Counted from the stretch's first letter, positions 22,496 through 35,579 are shown. The stretch is 64,000 nucleotides of DNA from Chara braunii (GCA_003427395.1 BFEA01000032.1:1339284-1403283), one strand, 5' to 3'. Program-made: numbers and translations. Notes: generated by a model not told the origin, from the letters alone.

Positions 22496-25040
22496 ATGAG
22501 TGCCGAACCATCCATTCGATTGCTTCATACACCGAATGCAGCTAAAGTTGTTATTTCCTGTGAGAGTAGATCGCCTTCAGGCTCTGCTACACCATCCAAA
22601 CGTCGGGGTCGGGTGGACTCCACCGATAGGTCACCTGGACGATGTGCTGTTCGTCGCCGCGAGACGATGATGGGCAATAACATCGTTCGACGTCTCCGTC
22701 TTGAAGATATCATCAATGGAGCTACACAAGTCGCTTCCGTCGGTGTGTCGACAGCTTCGGGGGCCTCGGGTTTCGTGCACCCCCAACCTTTGAGCGATGA
22801 GGATGATGACCCGTACGATTTCGTGCTTTCTCAAACAACCGAGAAAAGGTTAACCGAACCCCATTTTTCGCCTCAATTTATAAGAAAACCATAAGGCCAT
22901 TTTAAACAAACTTCATACCGATGGGGGTCCTTGTTAACCGTTTGTGAAACAACCATCGCCGAGTTCGAACGGGAGCAACTGCTGAAAGACGAGTTCGAAC
23001 AAAAGCAAGTTTCGAGAGATCGTCGTTCTAAGGTCGACGATGCCACGGTCGAGGGACTAGTTGTTCCTCCTCAGCCTTCGTCGTTAGGTAGACAAGGGAA
23101 AAGGAGGTACACATACCATACGCGCAAAAGAGGATCGAACGAGTCGGACGCCATATACGAACGTAGGTGCAACCTCGAAGAATGCGAGGCCGTTTTGAAA
23201 AAGACATGTTGCAAGTCTTATAGGTGTCTCTCTAGAACGAAAACGGTGGAGGTCCAAAAGTGCAGACGCGAGTTCAGATCGGTTAGAGGGAAGGACAAGC
23301 GCAAGTGGTGGATATCCAAGCTTCGCAGTTTCACATCGCTGGTGCAAAGGAAGCCGGAGGTGAAACCTATTATAGAAATGCACCCGGTGTGTGTCACCGC
23401 GTGGTGTTTGATGCTCGGTTGTGGCCGGAACACATACAAAAGACATAACGATGAGCTCGACGAAGGAGTGGTCGATGCAGGTGATGTTAACGAGGGTCGT
23501 TTTCGGACAACAGCGCAATATGCGTTAACATGGTCTGCATTTGAGGATATTATCCTCGACGAGTCCGACCCTATGCCGGATCAGACGGAGACGGGCCTGG
23601 ATTTCGAGATTAGGAACCGTATTCGTCTCCCTTCAGTGTATGCTTCTAAGAAAGATGTCTATAGAAGCATTGAACGTAGGTTAGATAAACTGGGTGTGTC
23701 TTGCTCATCGTATCAGGTGTTTTGTAAGATATGGAGAGATTTTTTTTGGCATGTTCGGCTCGCTCGAGTGACTGACCACGCAAGGTGCAAGGAGTGCATA
23801 AAAAACGCTATTCTCATTGCGGGAGCCCTGTCGGGGTCACGGCGGGAACTAGTTCCAGCACAAAGGAATCACCTCGATCTGCAAAAGGCCCATCGCAAGC
23901 TGTATGACCGGTGGTCGGCCGAGTCTCAACTCCATAAGGAAGAAAGTTTGTGCATCATTATTGACGGAATGGACCAGGCGAAAACTACCATTCCCCATGC
24001 GTCACGTCGACATTTGTCTAAGGAGATGGCTAACAACACGATGATGAAAGTGAATCTCACCGGTATAATAGTTCATGGTAGGAAGTCGTCATTGTTTGTG
24101 CACACGTGGTTTCCTTATCTTTTGCACAAATCGAATTTTGTAGTTACGTTCATTGCCAAAGTTTTGAGAGACGTGCAAGCGAGAGAAGGGGAACTCCCAC
24201 CGGTGCTACTCGTCCAAGCTGATAACTGCGGCGGGCAGAACAAAAACAGATTCGTTTTTGCATTCCTTGCTATGTTGGTTTAGTTTCGGATTTTTGACGA
24301 GAACCTGATGGGGTTCATGATAGTCGGGCACACCCACACCGACATCGACGCGAAATTTAGTTTGCTCGCTCGCAAACTCAACGGGTCTGACGGGTATACG
24401 ATGGAGGAACTGTTTGCAGTACTGCAAATGTCTTGTGAGGAGTCAGTGGAGTCTACGCAGCTCACGAAAATTATGGACTGGAAAACCGCGATCTCACCAT
24501 ACCTTGACAATTTGATTTCAGGTCATGCCATACCCCACCTTTTCCGTTTCTACATGAAGGGTGAAAACCCGGCTATGGTTTACAAAGCACACTGCACCGA
24601 CAAAAAAGGGGGGCCTGACAAGGGACCGGTGTACTGGTTCAACCGAGGTGCGGACAAGAAATGTGCAGGTCCCTCATGAGGATTCGAGCTGCGCCACGAG
24701 TCGCCCAACCCTGCTTCCGGTGATTTCATGAACGATAAAGCGGGTCTGAGCGTTTTAGTGAAAACGTGGAAGGATGCAATGAACGAATGGGAAACACAAA
24801 CTATAAAAGAGCGCAAACTCAAGACTGACTGACTAAATACTAGACAGAGTGTTTAGCCGAGTTTGACAACATCGAGGTGGAAGAGACCGGAATAGTGTCG
24901 TTATCATATTTTTTTTTGCCATCACCCAGGCCGAGCAAACCAAGTGCGGAGTCCGCGGTCATGTATGTCGTGCCACAGCCGTTAAGAAAACCGTGCTTTG
25001 TCTGTCATAGAAAAGATGCACCGAAACTGGAATTCGACCC
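22496..25040 (+). pseudogene. DDD-type DNA transposase (Sola1-like / DUF7869-type), inactivated by in-frame stops
   Basis: ORFs 22496-22894, 22931-24283 and 24308-24679 share one frame, separated by stops (TAA 22892, TAG 24281, TGA 24677). Motifs: CC..C, VCxxAW, CKEC, H...Q...R..Y, IIIDGMDQ, VQADNCGGQNKN, VGHTHTDIDAKFS (putative catalytic D-D-D). Confidence 0.8.
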
Positions 25041-25069
25041 TCGTAAAGTTGTATACGATGGAGGAAAGA

Positions 25070-25291
25070 CACACCCGCCAAACGCTGGACTCCCTCTCAC
25101 GGGGAGGGGAGGGGGGGAGGAGGGGTCCAGCAAACGCTGGACCCCGTCCCAACCCCCCCCCATTACAGAAGTGGTGGGGGGGGGTTCGGTTGACCAACGC
25201 CGGACCCCCCCCTCCCACAACTTCTATAATGGGAGGGCGAGGGAGGGACGGGGGCCGGCGTTTGACAGATGTCGAACCCTCCCCCCCCCCC
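25070..25291. repeat. Alternating inverted ~60-bp G/C-tract repeats
   Basis: aaacgctggacccc / ggggtccagc / aacgccggacccc / ggggccggcgttt; cccattacagaagtggtggg vs cccacaacttctataatggg. Confidence 0.75.
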
Positions 25292-25912
25292 NNNNNNNNN
25301 NNNNNNNNNNNNNNNNNNNNNNNNNNNNNNNNNNNNNNNNNNNNNNNNNNNNNNNNNNNNNNNNNNNNNNNNNNNNNNNNNNNNNNNNNNNNNNNNNNNN
25401 NNNNNNNNNNNNNNNNNNNNNNNNNNNNNNNNNNNNNNNNNNNNNNNNNNNNNNNNNNNNNNNNNNNNNNNNNNNNNNNNNNNNNNNNNNNNNNNNNNNN
25501 NNNNNNNNNNNNNNNNNNNNNNNNNNNNNNNNNNNNNNNNNNNNNNNNNNNNNNNNNNNNNNNNNNNNNNNNNNNNNNNNNNNNNNNNNNNNNNNNNNNN
25601 NNNNNNNNNNNNNNNNNNNNNNNNNNNNNNNNNNNNNNNNNNNNNNNNNNNNNNNNNNNNNNNNNNNNNNNNNNNNNNNNNNNNNNNNNNNNNNNNNNNN
25701 NNNNNNNNNNNNNNNNNNTACGCATGGAAGCACAGGCTGGATAGCGATGCATGACCGTGTGATAGATCGTGGCTAATGTATGGCTAGGCGATTCTCCATG
25801 GACAGTACGCCGTTCATACATGTTCGCTTCCACTCGGCTCACATGTACCGTTTGCTATTCTTGTCAACATACGTCTCGGTAGTGTGGTTCGTCACGAGGA
25901 CATTTTCCAAGT

Positions 25913-26608
25913 ATGGACGAGAACGATGTTATAACTAATCTTGCGATCGCATGGGGAACACCCATACACTATGACGAATTTATTTCGGCTCGGTACACGC
26001 CGCAAATGATTGCACTCGGTATCCGCACAAGCGACGAGACCACTTTCTGCACCACATTCGACTTGCGGCCTCCGACTTTGCAACGCAAGCTCTCGAGGAT
26101 GGCCAAGACATGTGATCCGCAAGGCTACTTTTGGAGAGGGGGCGCACCGCGATGGAATAAATTTTTTTACGGATGTGGCTTGATATACGACAACTACACA
26201 ACATGCAGTTGTGGAAAAATATTGTGCATTGTGTTCGAGACACGTCATGGGATGCCATATTGTTGTACGCATATCGAGCTGCACAAAAGGAGGCACAATC
26301 AAATGCATGACCTGGATTGCTCCGTGTACAATGAGCAGAACGCTCTGTCGAGGCACGCTCGTCATTTCTGTAGTGCCATTCGAGATGCGATGATACAATT
26401 TGTGCGACAGAGGATATCCGTCGTCAGAACGATTGTTGTGAAGGTGTTTCACACATCGAACGACGATGGAACCACTGTTTACTTGAAGAAGACAAAAACA
26501 AAAATGATTGTCGATGTGAAACACTTGTTCCGACGCACGAATGGGGCACACCGACACGTGCCGCACAAGATGACGGACAATACGGCGGGAGGCGTGAGAA
26601 ATGAATAA
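25913..26608 (+). CDS. Orphan hypothetical protein A (231 aa, Cys/His-rich), paralog-array member
   Basis: ATG-initiated, non-repetitive ORF; contains SAIRDAMIQFVRQRISVVRTIVVKVF. Confidence 0.5.
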   Translation: MDENDVITNLAIAWGTPIHYDEFISARYTPQMIALGIRTSDETTFCTTFDLRPPTLQRKLSRMAKTCDPQGYFWRGGAPRWNKFFYGCGLIYDNYTTCSCGKILCIVFETRHGMPYCCTHIELHKRRHNQMHDLDCSVYNEQNALSRHARHFCSAIRDAMIQFVRQRISVVRTIVVKVFHTSNDDGTTVYLKKTKTKMIVDVKHLFRRTNGAHRHVPHKMTDNTAGGVRNE

Positions 26609-26619
26609 AGATTTGCCGT

Positions 26620-27656
26620 GTGTCGGGATTTAACGAGGAGTTGGACAAGGGTGGAGTGGCGTGACATGTTTCCAATGTTTATCGCAAACATACTGACATC
26701 AGTGTATGTGTTGTATACAGAAGCTACTTCCCGTGTTCTTCGAGTGGTGGGATGACCACTGACGACAATAACTTTCATCGACTGTTGGACGAGAATACGA
26801 AATTTTGGATTGTCGAGGCAGTTCGAGTCGATCTATGGCTGAGCGTGCTGCCATGGCGACGAACAGTTGGGAACTGGAGCGAGAACGATTGGGATATCGT
26901 AATGATATAATGTCAATGGGCGCACGACTTCAAATTTGCTAACGAGATGGAATGGGGCCGGCTCATCGAAATACGTTCCGCCTGTCTCGAGACAACGTAT
27001 ATACCGAACTACGCAGAGATTCACTGGATGAACAACCACCAGGATAATTATGACCCTGTTCTACCAAATACAAGCCAAGATTCGAGCAACGAGTGTTGTG
27101 AGGATGACAAAGCAATCTCATGCAAGTTCGTAACAACATCATCTTGCACATGGCCGAAACGGTTCGAAGTTGAACTGTAAAGGTGCGGAAGATTGTGCAA
27201 CAGAATTGCAACGTATCCCGTGCGTAATGAAGCGGAGACAAACACTAAGCGTATATCGTATTGCTCTGTGAAGAGTTTTTAAAATGATACTATACCGATT
27301 TATGTAGAGTCAATTGTGTAGCATGTACAGGTAAGTGTGAGAGATTAATAGAGGCAAGATGCGAAGCACTGTTGACTGAGCGAGAATGCGAGAATTCGGT
27401 ATTTAATGTGAAAAAGTATGTGGCCGAAGTAGAAGATAAAATATGCACCATAAGAGATATTATTGGCATCGCTTTCCCCTATACGTGCAGTTTCATAAAG
27501 ATGTCATATATATCGTCATTCGATAGGGACGACAATGACGAACCCGAGGGTTTGAAACGTTCACATTCGGTTCACCTCTACACGCTTTGTATAGTTACGA
27601 AGGAAAACGTGTTAAGCGTATTGGTTCGGAATAGCAAGTTCTCATATTATGGATAG
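26620..27656 (+). pseudogene. Orphan hypothetical protein B (fragmented), paralog-array member
   Basis: Fragments 26947-27180 and 27372-27656; the latter contains EDKICTIRDIIGIAFPYTCSFIKMSYISSF...VHLY. Confidence 0.45.
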
Positions 27657-27984
27657 TTTAGCATAGATAGGCATGTACCATCACTTGGAGTTGAGAATTG
27701 AGAAAATGTCATTTGATTAGGGGGAAAAAACGCAGAGCCGCATGCCTCTGCGGTTGTACAATACCTGTACTTGAAAGCATGTAGGAACCTTCCATGAGGA
27801 CCTTGTGAATGTACAGTATGGGGCGTGACGACTGAGTGTTAGCCTCATCACGGGAGTAATCATTTGCCAAATTTATTTATGAGTGTCAACACGTCCGTAT
27901 GTTTCGCTCATGTGTGTGTGATGTGTAGGGTGCATAATGTAGTCGAGAGCGTCGAAAAGTATCAGTGGGAGTCCCGAGAGACAT

Positions 27985-28912
27985 ATGCGCTTAGCAAAAC
28001 CGTTTCCTTCTTGTGCGACATCGGTGCGGCATTATAACGGTCATACTTGGCTCCACGAAGCAGCAAGAGAGGAATTCGAAGAGGATCCATGGATAACCGT
28101 CATCCCGTACATGAACCAGCGTCTTGACCAATGGACCGATGGTAATTGGAACGCAATGGAGTCGGACTGCCCTTGGGCAAGCCACTACAAGTTTGCCAAT
28201 ATGTTAGAGTTCGAGAACCTCATTACAGTGCCTCATTTTGTCCTCAAGCCCATTTTCCTCACCCGTCTGCGTAAATCATTCCGCTGCATTAATCGCTTTA
28301 GCAGTCGCATCGACTGTGACTACATCACATCTTCGCCACAAATTTGGGTAAGTTTGCAGAAACAAGAGTTGATGGACACAACTCGTCATTGTTCATTCTT
28401 GGAGCAGTACCCACCGTTGGTCAGGGATTTATCCAGGAGCTGTGTCATATTGTTGAGTGCGGTTGAGTATTACCGGATGTGCTTTCGCCGGAGTGTTATG
28501 TGTGGTTTTTTCAAACAAAAGTAGGAAACTCGTGGACGCAGTTCTGTGTGTATCACGGAACGAGCTGCACCTCCAGGGGTCGGAGGGATGGGCGTTGCCA
28601 TATCGCCGCGGTCCAGATGGACAGTCGGATTTTGTGATAGCAGATCAGGTCAATAATCCGGAATTGTGGCAGCGGCTGGAAGAGAAAGCGTCCGGCATAC
28701 GAGACTGTATAAGGAATTCCTTAACACGACCAGACGGGTTTGTTAGAATGAAATACATGTCCTTATTTTCGGTGAATACAACAGTCGGGAAACCGCAGAT
28801 CCATGTATATGGATCGTCTATGAGTGTTATGTATGACTTCAATTCACGAACTCGTCCGCGCGAAACCCTATACATCACAAGATCCGGACGGGTTGTCATA
28901 TCTCCTACTTAA
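27985..28912 (+). pseudogene. Orphan hypothetical protein C, frameshifted near the T-run at ~28505
   Basis: Overlapping ORFs 27985-28524 and 28457-28912; C-terminal half has EEKASGIRDCIRNSLTRPDGFVRMKYMSLF...IHVY. Confidence 0.5.
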
Positions 28913-29180
28913 GGGAAAAGTAGTCACAATATAATCGTAGTGGATACACTGTTTTTTTTTTTTTTTTAATCCGACTATGATATATGAAGCATTGAGGGAA
29001 CGGGGTGTAAATTTAAGAAAATAGAACTATTTCATGGATACACGTTCTATTTCTTATGAAACATGCTATGCATGTGTGCAACCGAAAATTATGAACATAC
29101 AGGGTGAGGACAAAGATATGACGTAGTAGAGAGAGTTGTGAGAGACAGTAGTTGCTAAGAACGAAGCAACTAGACGTTGC

Positions 29181-30193
29181 ATGGAGTATCTTCGTGGTTC
29201 TGTAATTTTTGAATTGTATAACAGACATGCTGATTTTAAATATTCAGAATCTAACATGATGAAACTCGTGCATTTTGTTCGTCTACACACTGAACTTGCA
29301 GGATGGAAGTCGGTCAAACAAGTTTGCATGGAAGCGGATCCTCTCATCAAGTTCCATCAACAATTTGGGATCTCATTATTTTAGACACTAACATTTGGTC
29401 GATTGATATCGTCGATGAATTTGCGAATTATGAGTACATAAATGTCGAAAACGAAGTTGGACCCGATGGTGAACTTCTACCGATCATGGGGTTTGTCAAC
29501 GGACAAGAGATGATTGTGTCCGACAATGGATCAAATATATGGTATCTGTATACAAAGGAAGAAGAGGCATACGTCATTGTATCGAGGAAAGACATTGTGG
29601 ATCCTTTAGAGATGTTAGCCAACTGGAGGGAGGTATGCAAGAAACAAGACTGGGACGCGAAAGACAAATTGAAACAAAAAGTATGCGCATGGCATTCCAT
29701 TGGCAGAAAAAAATTGCACGCACCGGTGGTGGTGGACTTCTATGGTCGAATCCGAGTATGCAATAGAGGCAAGGCCATAGTGACACTTTTTACAGCAGCG
29801 AAGATCACCGGGACGATAATGAATGTGTTGTTCACTGCCCTGAAATAATTTTGGGACCCCGCGGGTTCGAGCAAATTCGAACATTTTCGGAATCGGTTAG
29901 ATATTGACGCGACACTTAGGAAAGAGTTAGTGTACAGGGTTGACAATTTGGTGCATATGCAACTTCACTACCTTTTTGACAAATGTGAGGAGATAGTGTT
30001 CACAGTCGAGCATAAAAAATGTGACACGGATGAAGTGACTCGTACGAAGCAGTACCATCGATTGGGACAAAAAGAAGTACCATTAATGGGTGACAGACAA
30101 AAGATACTGATAGATTGTTCGTACTGTGAAGAAATGAAGCATGCAACAAATTTTTTATCTCTTATCCTTCACACGAAACAGGATAGCAACTAG
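29181..30193 (+). pseudogene. Orphan hypothetical protein D (one frameshift at ~29380, one in-frame stop at 29846)
   Basis: ORFs 29181-29384, 29303-29848 and 29930-30193 (the last two share a frame); contains LRKELVYRVDNLVHMQLHYLF. Confidence 0.5.
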
Positions 30194-31889
30194 TAGCACA
30201 ACACGTTTATCATAGCCGATACGATTTCAACAATCGATGCGCTTCATCGCTGACACGTGTTTCGAACGTCGGGCTAGATATGTAAACAACTCTCCTTGCT
30301 GTGTAAATAAGAATTGATAGCGCACTGCAGATAGCGCACTGCACATATCGTCAGTTTTATTTTGTCTGCTGAACGCATTCAAGTACTTGTGTTACGTTTA
30401 TTTATGCTTTTTCATTTATTATTTCGTAACCGGTTACACTGCATATATGAATTTTGAAAAATCTCAAACATTTGTAATTTACATCCTCGAAGTTCGCATA
30501 TACCAGCATGTGTATGAAACAGTCTGGGTATTTTTTTTTTTTAGCCAGTCTTTTTTGTATTATAAACTCCGATTTTTTTGTTTGAATAATATTGATAAAT
30601 GTTGGACTACTAATTTCAACAACATTATGTAATCGATCTTGCACGGTTATAGTTCTCGACATTATAACACGAAACAAACAAATTAAGGTTCACCTTATAC
30701 AACAATGACGAGCATCACTCCCATCGCAGTGCCTGCAAAGGCAACTCTCATCACAAGAAACAGATCGTTTCCATACGAATATAAGTTAGTGGATGTAAAT
30801 TATTTCTAGTTGTCGTGAGGTTTACGGAAATCGAGGTGTATGATGTGTGAATTTATGGACGACAAGGAGAAGCGGGGACAGTGCAAGAGTATGTGGAATG
30901 TCCTGAAGCAACTTTGCAAGTCCACGAGGAAAAAAAAACAATATTGATACGCGAGGGTATAAGACTTGAAGACTGGTCTGCTTTCGTAACCGACTTTGAA
31001 AGCATGTCAGTTCTACTTTTCCCGACGTGCATGTTGGACGGCTCGAACGATGCAACCGTGTGGATTCTCATCATTAATGCAACAAATAAGAATCGTCGGT
31101 GATATGAGAGTAGGCAAAGGTGAGAGTATGAGAAGGGATATTTATTTGAAGATGATAAGTAGCTAAGTAGTAGATATGGAACAACGGTGACACATATCAT
31201 TCGCATGTGGATAAATGTTCAGTTGTTCATTGCATTCGCGATGTATTTATTTGACGAACTCGTAAAAATACGATAGGATTATCAATTTCGTATGCAAAGC
31301 AAGAGAGAAAAAACATAAAATGTGCACACTCATCGTTGAAAATGAATGTGCATTAATATTTTCAAGCATTGTGGGGGCGTTTTGTTGCTACGTGTGACAA
31401 AAAAAACAGATTGACAAATGTAAAACACGTTGACAATCTTATTATATTACCAAAAGGAGGTAGGTTTCATAATATATTCACAAAATTGTTTATGAATGTA
31501 TAACAAAACAAAACAAAAATGCTTATTTGATGTCTTTTCCCACGCATTTATCAAACAAATGTTGAAAATGTTAATAAAATATTCGGTTTTGTGAAATACA
31601 TGGAAAAAAAATCTTGAAACTCTTCAAAATTTGAGCTACGTGCACTTGAAGAATAGTACATCATCCAAATAAACAGAGTTCCCAAACAAATACTGAGAAT
31701 TTTATGCGATATGATTCGATAATTAAACCCATGGTATCCTATATACCGTGGTAGTAAAACTGGTTGAAAAAGAAAAAAAAAAAGGAAAAGAATGGAGTTA
31801 TAATTTTGTTCAAAAAATAAAAAATGTCCGTTTTAACGAAATCGTAGTTAGCGCCTCAAGTGTGACACCGTGGAGCACATGATAGCCTG

Positions 31890-34800
31890 GTGCCCACTTA
31901 TTCGAAACCCAAAATAGAGCAGCCAGTAAGAGTAACATCTGCTCCTACTGAGTCGAAGGGTTTATACCAAGAAAAAGGTAAGGTGCCTATAACCCCTTTT
32001 ACCCCTTCGACGCTCAAGGCAGAGGATGGTTCATCTTCCGCCCGTCGTCTAGACCACCTTGACACAGTACTTTGTTTTGTCTCACTGGACGATTCCCTTG
32101 ACGAGATCGGCAATGAACTGATAGCACTACGGAGTTCGTGGACGAAGAAAACAAAGACTAAGAGTGAGTTGATGATCTTGGATATTGAGATTGCACACAC
32201 ACGAGGAGGTGCCCTGTTACATCCGGGATCGACGTGGTCTTATATCTCAGAGAACGCAATTCGTAAGTTGCATCTGGGAATGAAGGTAAATGATTTACCT
32301 AGACATATTACGTTTATCCTGGGTGAGAAAAACACGATCACTGTCTCTCAATATATTGATCGTATTAAGTGTTATTTAAGGACCAAGGAAGGTAATAGGA
32401 TTCTACCACGAGATATTCTTACTAATAAAAAAAAACCTACACTTTGATATAATTCTGGGAATGGATTGACACGAGGGAGCCGGCCCAGAGGTAAGGTTCA
32501 AGGATAAACTTGTCAAACTGAAGAATGAAAAGTCTGAATCACTTTTTATAAAGTTATATTATAGGTTTGACTCTAACTCCACTCTGTCTTTCTGTTGTAT
32601 GAGTTCTCCAGTTTTCCACTTGATAGTAATATAAAAAAAGTTGAATCAGGAGGTGATGATGATGCTTGTCAAGCGAGTAGGTGAGTGTTCCTCATCCTAT
32701 CCACCTTCTATCGAAAGACTTCTCGGTGAGTATAAGGACTTGCAAACTGAGCCGACGGGAATTAATGAGCATGCTATGAAGCACACAATCGATATGATTC
32801 CCGAAAGTAAGATTCTCAAAGGTCCCATCTACTGAATGTCTCCCAGGGAACTTGTGAAGCTTCGAAAGCAGTTGCAAAAACTTATTAACAAGGGATAAAT
32901 TTGCCCTAGCTCATCTCCTTACGGTACGCCTGTCTTATTCGTGCCCAAAAAAGAAGGTGAACTTCGTTTATGTATTGATTATTGTGGGTTGAATTTCATC
33001 ACTACTAAAAACGCGAAACCTCTTCCTCGCATTGACGATCTATTGGATCAATTGTAGGGGTGTAGATACTTCAGCAAGATTGATCTCACGTCACGGTACC
33101 GCCAGATTGAGGTGTCTCCTGAGGATCAACAGAAGACGACATTCCGAACTAGGTATGATCACTACGAGTTCGTAGTTATGCCCTTCGGTTTGACCAATGT
33201 ACCTGCAACCTTCCAAAGGTCCATGAACGAGTTGTTTCGACAATGGTTCGATCAATTCATAGTAATCTATCTTGATGACATTCTAGTGTCCAGTAAGACA
33301 TTGGAAAATCATGAGAAACATCTACGAATAGTCTTGCAGAAGTTACGAAAAACAAACTTTAAACTAAATCCGAAGAAGTAAGAATTTTCTAAGCCTGAAG
33401 TCTTGTGCTTAAGGCATATAGTAAACGAGGAAGGACTAAGATCTGAAGAAAAGAAGATTACAACAATCAAAGATTGACCACAACCTAAGACTAAAACTGA
33501 ACTAACAACTTTCATAGGACTTCCTAGATACTGTAGGAAGTTCGTTAGAAAGTTCTCCTTGATAGCCGCTCCTATGAGTAGATTACTGAAAAAGGAAAAA
33601 CCTTGGTTGTGAGACAAAGATTATGAGTCATCGTTTAAAAAGTTGAAACATGCTCTAACTCACTACCCTGTCCTAAAGATTGCTGACCCTTTTCTTCCTT
33701 TCATAGTCACGAGTAACGCAAGTCAGTATGAGATTGGGGTTGTGCTACAACAAGATGACGGTAAGGGATATGGACCTGTCGAGTTTATGTCCGAAAGACT
33801 TCCGTCAAGGAAAGTGACCAACTTCACCTATGAAAGAGAATTTTATGCCTTAGTTGCTGCACTAGACACCTGAAAGCACTACTTGTTAGGGACATATTTC
33901 ACTGCTTATTCTGACCACTCTCAACCTAAGTTCTCCGACAAGTTGGTAAGGTGGTCCGCATTCCCTTATAAATTCGACTTTGAGGTGAAAACCATTAAAA
34001 AAAAGTTTAACTTGGTTGCGGATGCTTTGTCCAGGTGTGCATATTTCTTTGGAACTATTGTCTCTTATCTCGATATTGGAAGTGAATTGAAAGAACGGAT
34101 CCGCCAGGGTTATGACAATGATCCTATTTGGAGTGCTATCATTGAAACTCTGCGAAAGAACCATGAATTGTTTTTAAAATATCGAATGACTGATGACTTG
34201 CTCTTCTTCTTAGATAAAATCGAAGAACAATTGTATGTTCCACACTTAAAACCAATCAAAAGTTTAATCATTGAGGAATGTCATAATGTTGGAAGTCAAT
34301 TTGGTTTGAAAAAAATGTATGTTAATGTGCTAGAACTTTTTGAGAGGAAAAAAATGAAATAAGATGTAGTAATGTATGTGCAGAATTGTCTTGTTTGTTA
34401 GAGAAACAAGCCCACACATGAGAATCCGATGGGACTAATGAGACCGCTGCCTATTCCAAGTGAGTCAGGTGAGTCTATCTGTATTGACTTTATGAGTCTC
34501 ACTAAGATTCGAAACGACAACAGTCAGGTAATGGTCATTGTCAATAGATTCTCATGTTCATTCCTTTGTCTGATGAAGCTAGAGCTGAACTCGTCATTCG
34601 GAAGTTTTAAATGCGATGGGTCTCTAAGCATGGATTTCCCAAAACCATCGTATCAGATAGGGATGTTCAGTTCACCAGTATACAATGGCAAAAGTTGAAG
34701 GAAGTCCTTGAAACCAAGTTGACCATGTCGTAAAGATGACATCCTGAAACGAGTGGCCAAACACAACAAATTAATCGTCTTTGCGAACAACTTTTGCGAA

Positions 34801-35540
34801 TGTATGTCCGGCCTGATCAGATCGATTGGGATGAGAACTTACCTAAAATTGTTAGTGCTTATAATAACAGTATCCATATTGTTATAGGTAGAACGCCTAA
34901 CGCACTACATAAAGGATGAAAGCCTAGGCGTCTCATTGATGCATTAATAAAGGACTAGATTCACAGGTTACCCCAGGTACCCATGAATTCACAGTGCTGT
35001 ATGAAGAGACCATTAAGAAGGTGAAGGAACACATACAGAAAGTCCAATTATAAATGATTGAACAAGTTAATAAACATCGTCGTCCTTCACAATTTCAAGA
35101 AGGGGACTTTGTTTGGGTCAAGTCTAAAGAGTTTTCCTTAGAAAGAAATATGTCTAAGAAACTGTTGTCTGTCTACTACGGACCTTGGGAAGTTCTCAAA
35201 GTGATTGGAGGAGAAGATGAACCTTCATATCGTGTAGATGTACCTCCACATCTAAGGACATACTCTTTCTTTCATGCGTCTAAACTGCTACCCTACGAAG
35301 AAAGTGATAATTTTTTTAATAGACCCTCTCCATTTTCACCCTCTATGAATGAAGGTTATGAAGTTGAAAGGATATTGGAACATAGCTATTTCTCTACAAG
35401 TGGCAGAGGACGATCTCGAAAGCAGTACAGGGTAAAGTTCAAGTCTCAACCTCCATCTGATGGTTTAGTTGGAAAAAACTCATAACTATTGCTCCTGACA
35501 TTGTTGCTGCTTATGAACGTGGGTTAAATGAAGATTAATG
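31890..35540 (+). mobile_element. Ty3/gypsy chromovirus pol pseudogene (PR-RT-RH-IN-chromodomain), 5' truncated
   Basis: Degenerate protease LLHPGST; [17 protein letters not shown]...LCIDY...FVVMPFGLTNVPATFQ...YLDD; RNase H (FIVTSNAS..IGVVLQQ, YEREFYA, NLVADALSR); integrase (GLMRPLPIP, ICIDFM, YGPWEVL, FHASKL); chromodomain YEVERILEH...QYRVKF; many stops and frameshifts. Confidence 0.97.
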
Positions 35541-35579
35541 TATTTCTGCGATGCAACTCGAAATTTGGGCCGGCAGGAA

